Below, piece by piece: positions 24,222 to 36,093 of a DNA stretch of 64,000 nt (position 1 is its first letter; each line of letters begins with the position of its first letter). Origin of the DNA: Paraspadella gotoi (taxonomy: Eukaryota > Animalia > Chaetognatha); assembly GCA_051294375.1 (NCBI GenBank), contig JBJCIZ010000744.1, forward strand, positions 725,076 through 789,075, given 5' to 3'. A model generated the notes under the pieces. That model was not told the origin of the DNA and searched no databases. It saw nothing but the letters and a program-made list of their open reading frames with translations. Made by a program: the position numbers and the translations under genes.

Positions 24222-25975
24222 NGATTCGCATTTAAATTCAACCGAGGATCCCGTGAGAACCGTAGTTTTAAAATCCACGACGGCGTGAACCGCGCGGGTA
24301 ATTATGAAAAGTGCAACCACGAGACAAAACAGTTTTGATATCATTTTGAATTTCGTTTGTGAATGAATCGGGAATGAATTTGTAGAAATTTATCTCGAGT
24401 CTAACCAGTAGAGACGCTAAGCGGGGAAAAAGATACAATTGAAATGTGGGAGACAAAAGAACGCGCCTCTGTTTATAACAAAAAAGGAATAAGTTTTTTA
24501 AGCCAACCTGACAACGTTAAGAACGAATTGTTGATAAACTTCTCCATCGCAAACAATCTTTCCCGCATCCGAGGATTTGACGCTCGAAATTGAAACGACG
24601 TATTTGTTTTCACTTTTGTTGAATATAAAACGGGAATCTTTCAAGTTCGGATGTGGTCGCGTTCCCATAGAGGCCAGCGTCCGATGCTCTCCCTCTTTAG
24701 GACCGAACCACGACCAAGTCGGCGCAAAGGAGGAGAGACAAATAAAGTCCACGGAGGCTCCAACCAAAATAGTTTTGGTATCAGAAGCGTCAGAGAGTAC
24801 AAAGTTTATTTTGTAAAGTAATAAACCGAGTAAGAGAGACCACATAACCTGTGAAAAACGCCATGAATTTCTACATTTCCGATCGAGAAACTATTTGGAG
24901 ACGAGGCTTGGTGGTGCGAACTCTAACACCTACGTATAGACGCCTGTTGTCGTATGCCGATCTTTTCAGACGGAAAACAAAATGAGTCTAGAGAGAATCA
25001 CTAGACACACGAAGCAGACAGACACCAGCAATAGTTTTACTTCTTTATTGAGAATGTAATTTTAAAGTGGCTCCTGCTTCCAGCGCAGTGTACAATAGTG
25101 AATTGCATAATATTCCGATTCAAAGGCCCAGGATGTAAGAAAGCAAGCTAGGTTTAATTATTATTCATAAACAAATCAAAAATAAACCATTAGCTTTCTC
25201 TTACCTCAAAAAACGGCGACTAGATAAAACGAAGTTGACGAATGCTCTCTCGTGCGCACACGAGATTGCTCCCGCACCTCGCGCGCCTTACCGCCAGAAA
25301 CATTTAGAAAAATGTCTCAGGGAAGTAAACTGATTGAATCTTTTTTTAAAGTAGAAAACACGTCGGTATCAGTTCTATTTAGTGATGTCTTTTCCTCCCT
25401 GTCTCACCCTATGATCGCATATGCTCTTCCGCTACCTGAATGTTACTTGTTCTAAGTCGAGGGAGGTGGATACTGACTAGGAACATTCTCAGTCTGTCGA
25501 AATGTCCCCATAATTTAAAGCATTAGTTTAGAATTCCTCGCTAATAAAGTACACAAAGAACACACCGGGTGTAATATTACTTAATTAAGGTTTAGTTTTT
25601 GGCGAAACATCCTTTGAGATAATAGTCCAGAAGAAAAAGACGCACACGCATTTTGCTAGGACAAATTTGATTCACACGACATACAAGACCATCCAGACCC
25701 ACATGAGAGGCCCAGCGCACCGTTGTAAATCAACAAAGTATAAAGAACAAAGACACGGACTAGCCAGGAACAAGCTTTCTTGTTTGAAAACTTTTTTCAA
25801 TCAGAACTAAAGAGACAGTATCAGTCTTATAAAACATTCTCAATAAACCAAAAAACACATCTACATTATAGACAGAATGACATTGAAGGAAGGAACTTGA
25901 AAGCAAGAAATGAAAAGCAAGAGACACGAAAAGAACTTCGCCAATATAAAGATTCTAAAAACCAAAAGTCAGTAT
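24222..25975 (-). repeat. Third copy of the V9-V11 segment (9038-10560); V11 copy at 25205-25610 heavily degraded
   Basis: Colinear identity with 9038 onwards; error density rises after ~24850. Confidence 0.85.
24508..24864 (-). CDS. Cassette V10, copy with intact Ig domain
   Basis: ..FICLSSFAPTWSWFGPKEGEHRTLASMGTRPHPNLKDSRF..DAGKIVCDGEVYQQFVLNVV AG|GTTG. Confidence 0.85.
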
Positions 25976-25976
25976 C

Positions 25977-26322
25977 CTAATCCTAAGTTAAAAGATCTGA
26001 TGCGAAACATCTTCCATCACAGACCGCAATTTCCCCGCTCTAGATCTTGTTCACAACATTTGTAAATCAACACGGAATACTCATCCGTTCTCCTTTTGAA
26101 AAACCTCTGTAACCAAGAGAATCCTTGAGAACTTCGATGCTTATTAGTTCCCGAAGCAAGGGTTTTATGTTGGTCCTGTTTAGGGCCAAACCACAGCCAA
26201 GTCGGAGGAAACGTCGACGAGCAAGATATTTTTACTGAAGAGTGAACGAGTTTTGTTAATACAGTTTGCTTTGAAAAAACAGCCACCAACTGAAGACACA
26301 AGATAAAACAAATTTTAAACAT
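25977..26322 (-). pseudogene. Cassette V12b, paralog of V12 (indels in 3' half)
   Basis: MFKICFILCLQLVAVFSKQTVLTKLVHSSVKISCSSTFPPTWLWFGPK..; signal peptide and upstream DNA differ from V12. Confidence 0.8.
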
Positions 26323-26591
26323 TTTGCAAGGCTTAAAGCGTTCGAGGTAAGAATTTAGCAAAGAATGCTTCAAAGGATTTAAATAAGTAGCGACTTCCAA
26401 CGGGAGGTAAGAAACCGACAAATGATCAATCTCAATCTCTGAGTCTTTAAGTCTTATGTTCTTTAAGAATGAAAAGTTAAATCTTGTCTCTTACCATCGC
26501 ATTCCTCATAATTCAAAAAATTCTAAAGTGAAAAGAATATTATCAATTTCATATTTTTTCTAACGTTAACCCTTGAGTAAATTTAACTTAC

Positions 26592-26929
26592 CTTATAATT
26601 GAAACAACATATGTCACTGGAGAATCACTTCCACAAATATATTTTCCAGCATCAATCAATTTTACAGCGGAAATTTTAATCCGATAAGTTGAACCATCAC
26701 TACCGAAAGTGAAACGAGAATTTTTCCAATGCGGATGTTTCTTCCCATTGACGCCAATAATTTCTAAATCTTCTTTCCACGCACCACTCTTAGTCCACGG
26801 AGGCGGATAGGTTGAAACACACGATAAATCACCCTCAGAGCCAAGGAGAAAATTTACGTGATTATCCTTGGCAACAACAGAGAATGCCGCAATGGAGCAA
26901 AACAAAACGGTTTTCAAAAAAGAATTCAT
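26592..26929 (-). CDS. Cassette V13b, diverged paralog of V13
   Basis: MNSFLKTVLFCSIAAFSVVA..LSCVSTYPPPWTK..KHPHWKNSRF..DAGKYICGSDSPVTYVVSII AG|GTAA. Confidence 0.93.
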
Positions 26930-27201
26930 TTGTCTCAATAAATTTGCAGAACCAACTATCTCCAAGCGAGAGCGAGTTACTTGTAACTCTTCAATCCTCT
27001 TGAAACCGACAGCTAGAGACACACAGAGTCCCAAAAAAGTATTAGGGGCAAACAAAAGATATTTTTTTCATAAAGTTAAAACAAAAAAAAAGGACGCAAT
27101 AAATAAGTGAACGGTTGGAACGATTTTAAGTGTCAATGGTAAAGAAGGAAATAGCAACACAACTAAAGGAAAAACCATGAAGTGTATAAAAAGAACCATA
27201 C

Positions 27202-27362
27202 CTTAAAACGTTGAGAATAGTCACTTCGTAGTCATCTCCGTCGCATACGAACTTTCCCGCATCCGACGACTTTACGTTAGTTATTTTTAAAAAATAAACA
27301 TTTTGATTTTTAATAAAGTCGTATCTCGGCTCGTTAAGGTTGGGATGGGCTTTAACACCTGC
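27202..27362 (-). pseudogene. 3' half of cassette V14b (paralog of V14); degraded 5' half at ~28640-28836
   Basis: AGVKAHPNLNEPRYDFIKNQNVYFLKITNVKSSDAGKFVCDGDDYEVTILNVL AG|GTAT. Confidence 0.8.
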
Positions 27363-27461
27363 GGAAAAAGAGAGAATAACTTATTTTTAATTCCAAACGA
27401 CTTCAGTAGAGACACTTAATTATCTGCAAAATTGAATCAAATATAGATTTTATAACTTTAC

Positions 27462-27838
27462 TTACTACATTCAAAACCGCTTGGTGTCGTAAAACTAAGA
27501 AACATTAAACCGTGTGTCGTAAGAATCTCCAATACAAGCAAAAGTACCCGGCATCAGAATCTCACATTTCGATATCACTACGGAATAAACGTCTTCCTCT
27601 TTCATGAAGGTATATCGAGGATTGTTGTTGCTTGGATGAATCTTAGTTCCGGAAACAGCGAAGGATTAGGTTTTTCTGTTGTTTGGGACCAATCCACTGC
27701 CAAGTTGGGCAATATCAGTTTTCGACAGGATAAATTTACGATAGCCCCAGTGACGGAGCTTAAAACTTTTACAATTTGCCTCGAAAATCAAGTGGCGACG
27801 AGAAAAAGTAATTTCAAAATAAACTTCATTTTTGACAT
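27462..27838 (-). pseudogene. Cassette V15b, paralog of V15 (indels); second copy at 29160-29502
   Basis: MSKMKFILKLLFLVAT..VSSVTGAIVNLSCR..PNLAVDW/TWQW..NPRYTF..DAGYFACIGDSYDT.. Confidence 0.75.
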
Positions 27839-28092
27839 AACGGTTGAAAGTTTTTGCTATGCAAACATCTGAGTACTTGAATAACACCACCAGAGAGACA
27901 CATTGTGAGCTCTAATCCAAGTAAGGGTTATATACAAAAAGTTCCCTAACCCATTTCAATCTCACAAATCCAAACTTTTGTCGAGAATACAAATAATCAT
28001 AATAATATATATGTAGAAACCGTAGATCAATAAGTAAACATAAATCATTATATAATATATCAATTAGTAAACGAATTAACATACAGCAATAC

Positions 28093-28428
28093 CTTAACAA
28101 TATTAGAACGATTTGCTGTAAGCGTCTCCGTCACAACCAAATTTTCCGGCGTGCAGCGGACTTGACTTCGTAATGGTTATGCTGTATCGATCATCGTCTT
28201 TTAAAAAATCATATGTGGATCTTTATGATTGGATGTCGTTGAATGCGGCGTAAGCTAAAGTCGTGGACGCTGCTGCTTCGGACGCGATCCACACACCACA
28301 GGGGAAACTTGGAAACGCAGAGATTTCGGCGGGAGAACCAATGAGAACTGTTTTCACGAGAGGCTCGGAAGATGAGAAAAAAGAGACAAAAACAAATGAA
28401 AGAATAAGAAAAGATAATACCGTTTCAT
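28093..28428 (-). pseudogene. Cassette V17 (indels); copies at 29967-30323 and inverted at 23256-23575
   Basis: MKRxLSFLI..SSEPLVKTVLIGS..W.W..HPxHKDPxY..AGKFGCDGDAY.., AG|GTAT donor. Confidence 0.75.
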
Positions 28429-29099
28429 TGTACGAATGGTTTAGATTTATTTCTATCGAGTTCTTCCAAATTTTACCAACAATGAAAAACGCCTTTTAAA
28501 GATTTCCAATTCAAGCACCGAATCAAACTCATAGCGACACCAACAGTTTCTCAGATGATGTCATAGAAAGGAAACAACCCCATCGTAGTTTGGTTTTAAC
28601 GACAAGCTAAGTTGCNNNNNNNNNNNNNNNNNNNNNNNNNAAGCTAAGTTTTGGAGAACGAGGCGCCTCTTTTTGCTGTACCGACACATCCACGGAGGCG
28701 GAACATGATCGATTTTACAAGATATCTCGATATTTGTTACTTTCCATAAAACAATCGGCGCTAGAGATTAACCAGAGCAACAGCAAGGAGACGTGAAAAA
28801 AAAGGATCACTAGAACCGATGAGGAGTGATCTTCATCTTTGCTATGAAGAACTAATCTGCTTTGGTGCCAGAGTGTAAATGATGATCGAAATTATAAATA
28901 GACTGCAACTGATTTTAAACTAACTAAAGACGAACTGTCGTCGAATCTCAAAATCGAAGACAAACAAAAAGACGCACAAATCGAATGCTCGGCCATAAGT
29001 CTCACCCTCAGTTACTATCAGAGAATAGGCTTTGAAACCATAATACTCATCAAACCAATCTCGCGATTACACAAATGTTTACTTTTTTCAATTCAATCC

Positions 29100-31830
29100 C
29101 CTTCAGTAGAAAACATTAATACTCCTGCAAAATAATCAAAACTAGTTTTTACACTTTACCTTACTTACATCAACCGTGGTGTCGTAAGAATCTCCAAATA
29201 CAAGCAAAGTACCCGGCATCAGAATCTCACATTGTCGATATCACTACGGAATAAACGTCTTCCTCTTTCATGAAGGTATATCGAGGATTGTTGTTGCTTG
29301 GATTAATCTTAGTTCCGGAAACAGCGAAGGATTAGGTTTTTCTGTTGTTTGGGACCAATCCACTGCCAAGTTGGGCAATATCAGTTCGACAGGATAAATT
29401 TACGATAGCCCCAGTGACGGAGCTTAAAACTTTTACATTTGCCTCGAAAATCAAGTGGCGACGAGAAAAAGTAATTTCAAAAATAAACTTCATTTTTGAC
29501 ATAACGGTTGAAAGTTTTAGCTATGCAAACATCTGAGTACTTGAATAACACCAACCAAGAGAACACATTGTGAGCTCTAATCCAAGTAAGGGTTATAAAC
29601 AAAAAGTTCCCTAACCCATTTCCAATCCACAAATCCAAAATTTGTCGAGAAATACAAATAATCATAATATATATATGTGAACCGTAGATCATAAGTACAA
29701 CATAAATATGAGTTGATGAACTCCACCCAAATTGATCAGAAGAAGAGAGACTGGAGAAGGGGAAGGACGGGAGACGAGAGAGAAGAAGAGGAGAGAGATA
29801 TGAACAGGCAGAAAGGGACAGCGAGGTAGGAAAAAAAGCAGATGAGTAAAAAAGAAGAAGGAGAAAACACTCGGTGACTATATCTTAACAACCCCACCTC
29901 AGACATATTTATCCGAATTCCAACGAGGTCCATTTCATAAACAATTAAACCATACCAAGCAATAACCTAAATATTGAGAACGATTTGCTTTGAGTAAACT
30001 AGTCCTCCGTCACAACCAAATTTTCTCCGGGCGTCAGCAGGACTTGACGTTCGTAATGGTTATGCTGTATCGATCATCGACTTTTAAAAAATCATATGTG
30101 GATCTTTATGATTGGATGTTCGTTGAATGCGGCGTAAGCTTAAAGTCCGTGGCACGCTGCTCTGCTTCGGACCGACCACAACCAATCGGGGACAACTTGG
30201 GAACGCAGGAATTACGGCGGAGAACCAATGAGAATGTTTCTATCCGACGCCGAGCTCCGAAGATGAGAAAACAGAGACAGAGAAACACAATGAAGAATAC
30301 GAGAAAAGATAATACCGTTTCATTTGTCACGAATGTGTTTAGATTTATTTCTATCGAGTTCTTTTCAATGTTACCAACAATGAAAAACGCTTTTAAAGAT
30401 TCCCAATTCAAGCACCGAATCAAACTCATAGCGCACCAACACGTTTCTCAGAGTTTATGTCATAGAAAAAAGACAACCCCCCATCGTAGTTTGGTTTTAA
30501 CGCAAACGCATAAGTTGGTCTCATCCTCATTAACATGACAAAATAGGCTGACGACGAATCTCCTTCACCAAATGAATTTTCCAGCATCAGTTAATTAACA
30601 TTGGAAATTTCTATGAATATACGAGACCATCATTTGAGAAAGAGTAACGGAATCGTCGAACTTCGGATGTTTTTTTCCATTGACGCCAATTATATCGATA
30701 GCTCCAACTCGTGGGGCCCGACTTGACATCTGGTGGAGGGAAGGAAGAATACATCAAGTTTATCAGTGTCTCCATGACCAAATTGAATCACAAGTTGCAA
30801 AGTAGTGTCACTATAACGCAGAAAGAAAGGCAGAAAAAAACCAGAAAGGAAAAGAAAACCAAAGAGTGACATCCTCATTGTTTATGGTAGTAGAAAGCGT
30901 CTCGTGCTTTTCTGAAGAACTGGACATCAAAAGTATCTCTGAGGGCGACATGGAAAGAACCTAGTAGAGACATCTTCCGACGGCTTTTGCTCGAGCGAAA
31001 GGAAGTTAACGAACAAAGTGATTGATGGGGTGGTTTAAGTAGACAAAATAAAAAAAAAATTTGATCCATATCTCAATTTTTAAATGACGATAAAAGACAA
31101 AACAAGTTTAATCATCCAGATGAATTTTAAAGCTGTGAATGAGTGGAGTAAGTCAATTTCTCAGTTCTACGCTATTGATTAAAAATAAGATTACCTTGAT
31201 AACCATTGAAGGTAAAAGTTATCAATCATTAGTGCTTTCGCGCCGATGGACCAGAACAAGATCAAGCTGGTACGGAGGCAGTTACACTCGAAACTTTTAA
31301 TGAATAAGAATCCGTGTATTTCGCGATATCTATTGATGCGAGGCTATCATTAATATTTGGATGCGGATTGTGGTTCCGGAAAAGCATAAGTATTTACGGT
31401 TTGAATTTCTTTCCTCCGACCCAGCTCCAAGATAAGGGGTAGAACAGATAGGAATCACATTTGGTTTAATTTCCCACATATTTGAACCCAGTAATAATGC
31501 AGTTGGTTTGATGACTGGTGGCAACAAGTACAATATTGCTAAAGAAGGTAGAATTGATACAATAAGATCGTAACAATTATAGTAGTTCATTACTTTGATT
31601 TTGTATTAGAATATAATTGTTTTAAGTAATTCGATTTTCTTTTTCTGAGTTTGAAGTCGTGTGCGCTAGCAGAGGCGAACGTGGAGACGAAAAGAGTGAT
31701 TAATATTACTCTTAGGTATGAAATTAGGATACAATCCACATATAATTATGTCCAACGAAGACACGATGACCACTAGAGAGATTACTTGATCATGGTTATG
31801 GTAAAAGTGCAAAACAAAAGTCAAATATTA
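29100..31830 (-). repeat. Error-rich duplicate segment (copies of V15b, V17, V18, V19)
   Basis: 29100-30520 repeats 27400-28615 and 30520-31830 repeats 32830-33990, with dense indels and interspersed purine-rich junk (29735-29870). Confidence 0.8.
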
Positions 31831-32087
31831 ACATGGTCTGATACACGTATATTAATGTAAACTTGTTTTTATGTCTAGATAAACTCAAAAAAATGATCCT
31901 CCTCTTTTGTTCTCTGGTAACCGCAAGAAAAATTTTTAATTTCGAAAAACTTGCCCTATGATGAAATCCACCACATGAAATTGTTTATGAAGCTTTTTAC
32001 CGATCTCCGACTTTTATCACTTTTTAAATTATTTTCTTTGTTGTAAAGAAACCGAAAACCAAGGGCCAACCATTTCGTTTTCCTCAG

Positions 32088-32264
32088 CTGTTTGGAGCTC
32101 CGACGCCCGAAGCACGGCACCACGGAATGTCACCAGCTCCGCAGAACGAAGCGGCGACAGCGCCGCTGCGGCGGCGGCCTCTGCGGCAACAGAAACGGAA
32201 AAGGATTCTTTGGATGAGATCATGGAATATTTGGATGAAAACGGTCGGGACTTCGGCAATGAAG
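32088..32264 (+). other. Isolated exon-like segment unrelated to the Ig array
   Basis: TTTTCCTCAG acceptor, 177 nt open (AVWSSDARSTAPRNVTSSAERSGDSAAAAAASAATETEKDSLDEIMEYLDENGRDFGNE), G|GTTAGT donor; no partner exons found. Confidence 0.4.
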
Positions 32265-32539
32265 GTTAGTCAATGCTTAACTTGGATATCGAAAAAGGTA
32301 CAGATTGGGTACTGATTGTTTTTAATTAATCCAGTTATAATTCATATAGGTTTGTTTCCTTATTTTCTTGTTTTCTTGTTTCTTATTTCTATTCTATAGA
32401 ATATTTTGGCTTTATTAAATTAAAACCGAAAAAAGAAGTATAAATTATGAATTAAAAGCATTATCACAATTTTTTTAAGTCATATAAATCATTTGATTTT
32501 TGCGTCCAAGATGCCATTGGCCTTTGCTGACTGTCAAAG

Positions 32540-32822
32540 AGGTGATTGGGGAGGAAGAACGACAGGAAAAGAGAAGGGAGGAGGAGACAAAGCGGACGAG
32601 ACCGCTGGAAGCGAATGACGACGACGTTGAAAGTCGTTCACGAGGTGAGGGAGGAAGGGGGGAGAAGAGGGAGGAAAGAGAGATGAGGGAGAAGGGAGGG
32701 AGAAGGAGAGGGGAAGGTTAAGAGGAAGGGAGGGAAGGAGAGAGGAGGAAGGAGAGAGGAGAAGGAAGGAAGGAGAAGCGGGAGGGAGGGAGTCAAGGAG
32801 AGAGGAAGGGAAGAGAGAGCTG
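32540..32822. repeat. Purine-rich (GA/GGA) low-complexity tract
   Basis: Almost only G and A; sits at the junction back into clean V-array sequence. Confidence 0.8.
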
Positions 32823-32836
32823 GTTACGGGTCTCAC

Positions 32837-33171
32837 CTCATTACAGTGACAAAATAGGCTGTAGACGAATCTCCTTCACAAATGAATTTTCCAGCATCAG
32901 TCAATTGAACATTGGAAATTTCTATGATATAACGAGAACCATCATTTGAGAAAGAGTAACGCGAATCGTCGAACTTCGGATGTTTTTTTCCATTGACGCC
33001 TATTATACGATAGTCTCCAACTCGTGGACCCGACTTTGACCATGGTGGAGGGAAGGAAGAAGTACATTCCAGTTTATCAGTTGATCCAATTAAAAAGTTG
33101 AAATGTTTCACATTAGCGAAAGAAAAGGCAAAAAAACCAGAAAGGAAAAAGAAAAAAAAGATGAAACCCAT
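32837..33171 (-). CDS. Variable cassette V18
   Basis: MGFIFFFFFLSGFFAFSFA..LECTSSFPPPWSK..KHPKFDDSRY..DAGKFICEGD..YFVTVM AG|GTGA. Confidence 0.93.
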
Positions 33172-33471
33172 TTTGTTATTAGTAGAAACGTTTCTTTTCT
33201 GAAGACTGGACATCAAACATCTCTGAGGCGACAGGAAGAAACCTAGTAGAGACATCTTCACGACCTTTTGCTCAACAAAGAAGTAAAACAAAAGGTGATG
33301 GAGGGTGTTTAAAACAAAGCCAAAAAAAATATTAAAAAAATAAATTGATCAACAATTTTTAAATGAGCGATAAAAAGACAAAACAAGTTTAATCATCCAG
33401 ATTAATTTTTAACTGTGAAGGGAGTAATCAATTTCTCAGTAAGCAGTTCTACCTATTATAAAATAAATTAC

Positions 33472-33800
33472 CTGATAACATTTAGAATAAAGGTTTCATC
33501 ATTTTCCCCATGGCAGAAAAATCTCCCAGCGTCGGAGGCAGTTACACCCGAAACTTTTAATTGATAAGAATCGTGTTTTCGCGAAAATTCATAGCGAGGT
33601 TCATTCAATTTTGGATGTGGATTAGTTCCGGAAAAAGCTATTGTTTTATGTTTTATTTCTTTCCCTCCGACCCAGCTCCAAGTAGGGGGAACAGAGGAAT
33701 CACATGTTATTTCCATATTTGAACCCAGTAAAGCAGTTTGTGTGGTGGCAACAAGGTACAAATTTGTAAAGAAAAGAGCAAAGATAAAATAAGAGTTCAT
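33472..33800 (-). CDS. Variable cassette V19
   Basis: MNSYFIFALFFTNLYLVAT..ITCDSSVPPTWSW..PHPKLNEPRY..DAGRFFCHGE..ILNVI AG|GTAA. Confidence 0.93.
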
Positions 33801-34364
33801 TTTGATTAATAATTTATCGATTTTTTTTCTAACTGAAGTCGTGTTCTAGTAGACGACGTTATACAAAAGATGAAAATTTTTTGATGAAATTGGTACAACC
33901 AATATGAATGATAGAAGAAGACCACTAGAGACTACATGTGGTAAATTGGCAAAACAAAAGTCAAATTCTTACATTTTTGAACGTCAAAATAATTAATAGC
34001 TAAAATATAGAATTGAGGCGACAAGATATTTTAATATATATTAATATTTTATTCTTGAAGTTACTTTTCAACTTTATTCATTTTATTTACATTTATACTA
34101 AAGTCTCACACCAGACTTCTTATATAACCCACAATATCGAATAAGTGGGAAGGAATCATTAAATGAAGTAAAAATAAAAAAGTTTGATNNNNNNNNNNNN
34201 NNNNNNNNNNNNNNNNNNNNNNNNNNNNNNNNNNNNNNNNNNNNNNNNNNNNNNNNNNNNNNNNNNNNNNNNNNNNNNNNNNNNNNNNTAAATATATTGT
34301 TGATATTGAAATATATATTGATATTGTTCAAAATCGTTCTGACTGGTACCCTTTTTTTGTTTAC

Positions 34365-34780
34365 CTTAAAAGGCTCAAGAGAAACTTTTGCNNNNNNNNN
34401 NNNNNNNNNNNNNNNNNNNNNNNNNNNNNNNNNNNNNNNNNNNNNNNNNNNNNNNNNNNNNNNNNNNNNNNNNNNNNNNNNNNNNNNNNNNNNNNNNNNN
34501 NNNNNNNNNNNNNNNNNNNNNNNNNNNNNNNNNNNNNNNNNNNNNNNNNNNNNNNNNNNNNNNNNNNNNNNNNNNNNNNNNNNTTAGGATGCGGCTTCAA
34601 TCCGTTTTGCGAAAGAGTTTTCATGGTACCGCTAGGGCCGAGCCAATTCCACGAGGGAGGAAAAGTGGAGTCACAGTTAAATGTGACGGTTTGCTGTACT
34701 AGACCAGTTTTTGAAGTAGTTGCAAACACCAGAGGAGAAAAAGCAATTAAAAACAATAACGACGACAGAAGTAAATTCAT
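34365..34780 (-). CDS. Variable cassette V20 (central N gap)
   Basis: MNLLLSSLLFLIAFSPLVFA..FNCDSTFPPSWNW..KPHP [gap] QKFLLSLL AG|GTAA. Confidence 0.85.
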
Positions 34781-35496
34781 GATGAAAGCTGTAGGATGCA
34801 GTTTTGAGTAATTAAAAATTGAAGAGAGCGATACAAATAATCAAGAGGAAAACTACTAGAACCCCCTAACGGTAATAGCTAAGTGGAAAAAACAAAATGT
34901 CATTGGAAATTTAATTTCTGTATAAGAAAGTAGATCCTTTGCCGACCGAGGGGTCATTTGTTTACATGTTTTGACCGTATATTTTAGCCTCTTCCTCTTT
35001 TTTTATTTTTCTTCCTCACTCTTTACCAACGCTCCTCTCGTCGCCATTGGTCATTTTTTTAATATAAAAAGCGAGAGCCTTTTCGCTTTTCATCGCTCGA
35101 ATATTTATGAAAATTGCAAAATGACTTGTTTCACTAACTATTGCTTTTAAGATTTTAAAATATTTAATATTTATATTTTTTTTCTATGTTAAATTATTTA
35201 AATCTAATATTACTTATCTATTTTTGAATGGGGCCGTTAGTGTTGTCTAGTGTTGTGCTCTGGAAATAGTGGGAGCTATAAATATCTTGATCAATTCATC
35301 GAATATTTAAGTTATAAACATATTGATCTCATAATCGAACACGTAACCACTCTTGGGACAGCTCATTCTTAGCCTCAACACTAATCCATCTCTCACTATA
35401 TTTCGCGAATGTTTCCTAGCTTAAAAACATTATTATTAGTATTAGTAATAGTTGTGAGATTGCTTGGTTTTAATAAGTACACTGAAACGAACTTAC

Positions 35497-35846
35497 CTTA
35501 TAACGGAAAGGTGATATTCTAAATTAGTTTTTCCACCTGCGCAAACAATTTTCCCTGCATCAGATAATTTGACATTGTCAATTTTGAATAGAAAAACATT
35601 TTCCAATTTTTTAAAAGAATATCGTGGTTCGTTTATGCTCGGATGAGCTGCGATTCCATTTGCCGATAATGCTTTAAATTTCCCATCTTTCATCCAGTTC
35701 CACATAGGAGGAAAGTTGGAGAGACATGAAAATTCAGCGGATGCCCCAGATAAAAAGGATTTAATTTTAGCGACTGTACTATCCGAATTTTGGAACAGTA
35801 ATAAAATGAGGAGGCCAAAAAGTAGGATTTTGGTTGAGCAAGCCAT
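35497..35846 (-). CDS. Variable cassette V21
   Basis: MACSTKILLFGLLILLLF..FSCLSNFPPMWNW..HPSINEPRY..DAGKIVCAGG..YHLSVI AG|GTAA. Confidence 0.93.
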
Positions 35847-36093
35847 GCTTTACCTCTCAAGATTAATTTATAAACTAAATCAAGAGATTCGAACCAATAA
35901 CGACACCAAACGAGCAAAAAGAGTAAAAATTGAAAAACAAAAGGGACAACTACGAAACTTGGTCAAAAAATAATTGATTGGTTAATTCAGTCACTAATAA
36001 TAAATGAATCCGAAAGAAAAAGTAAACAGGAAATATTTAAAAGGTAGATTTTACGAAAGCTATGAGCAACTCTGAATCAGTGCCTTAATTCAC

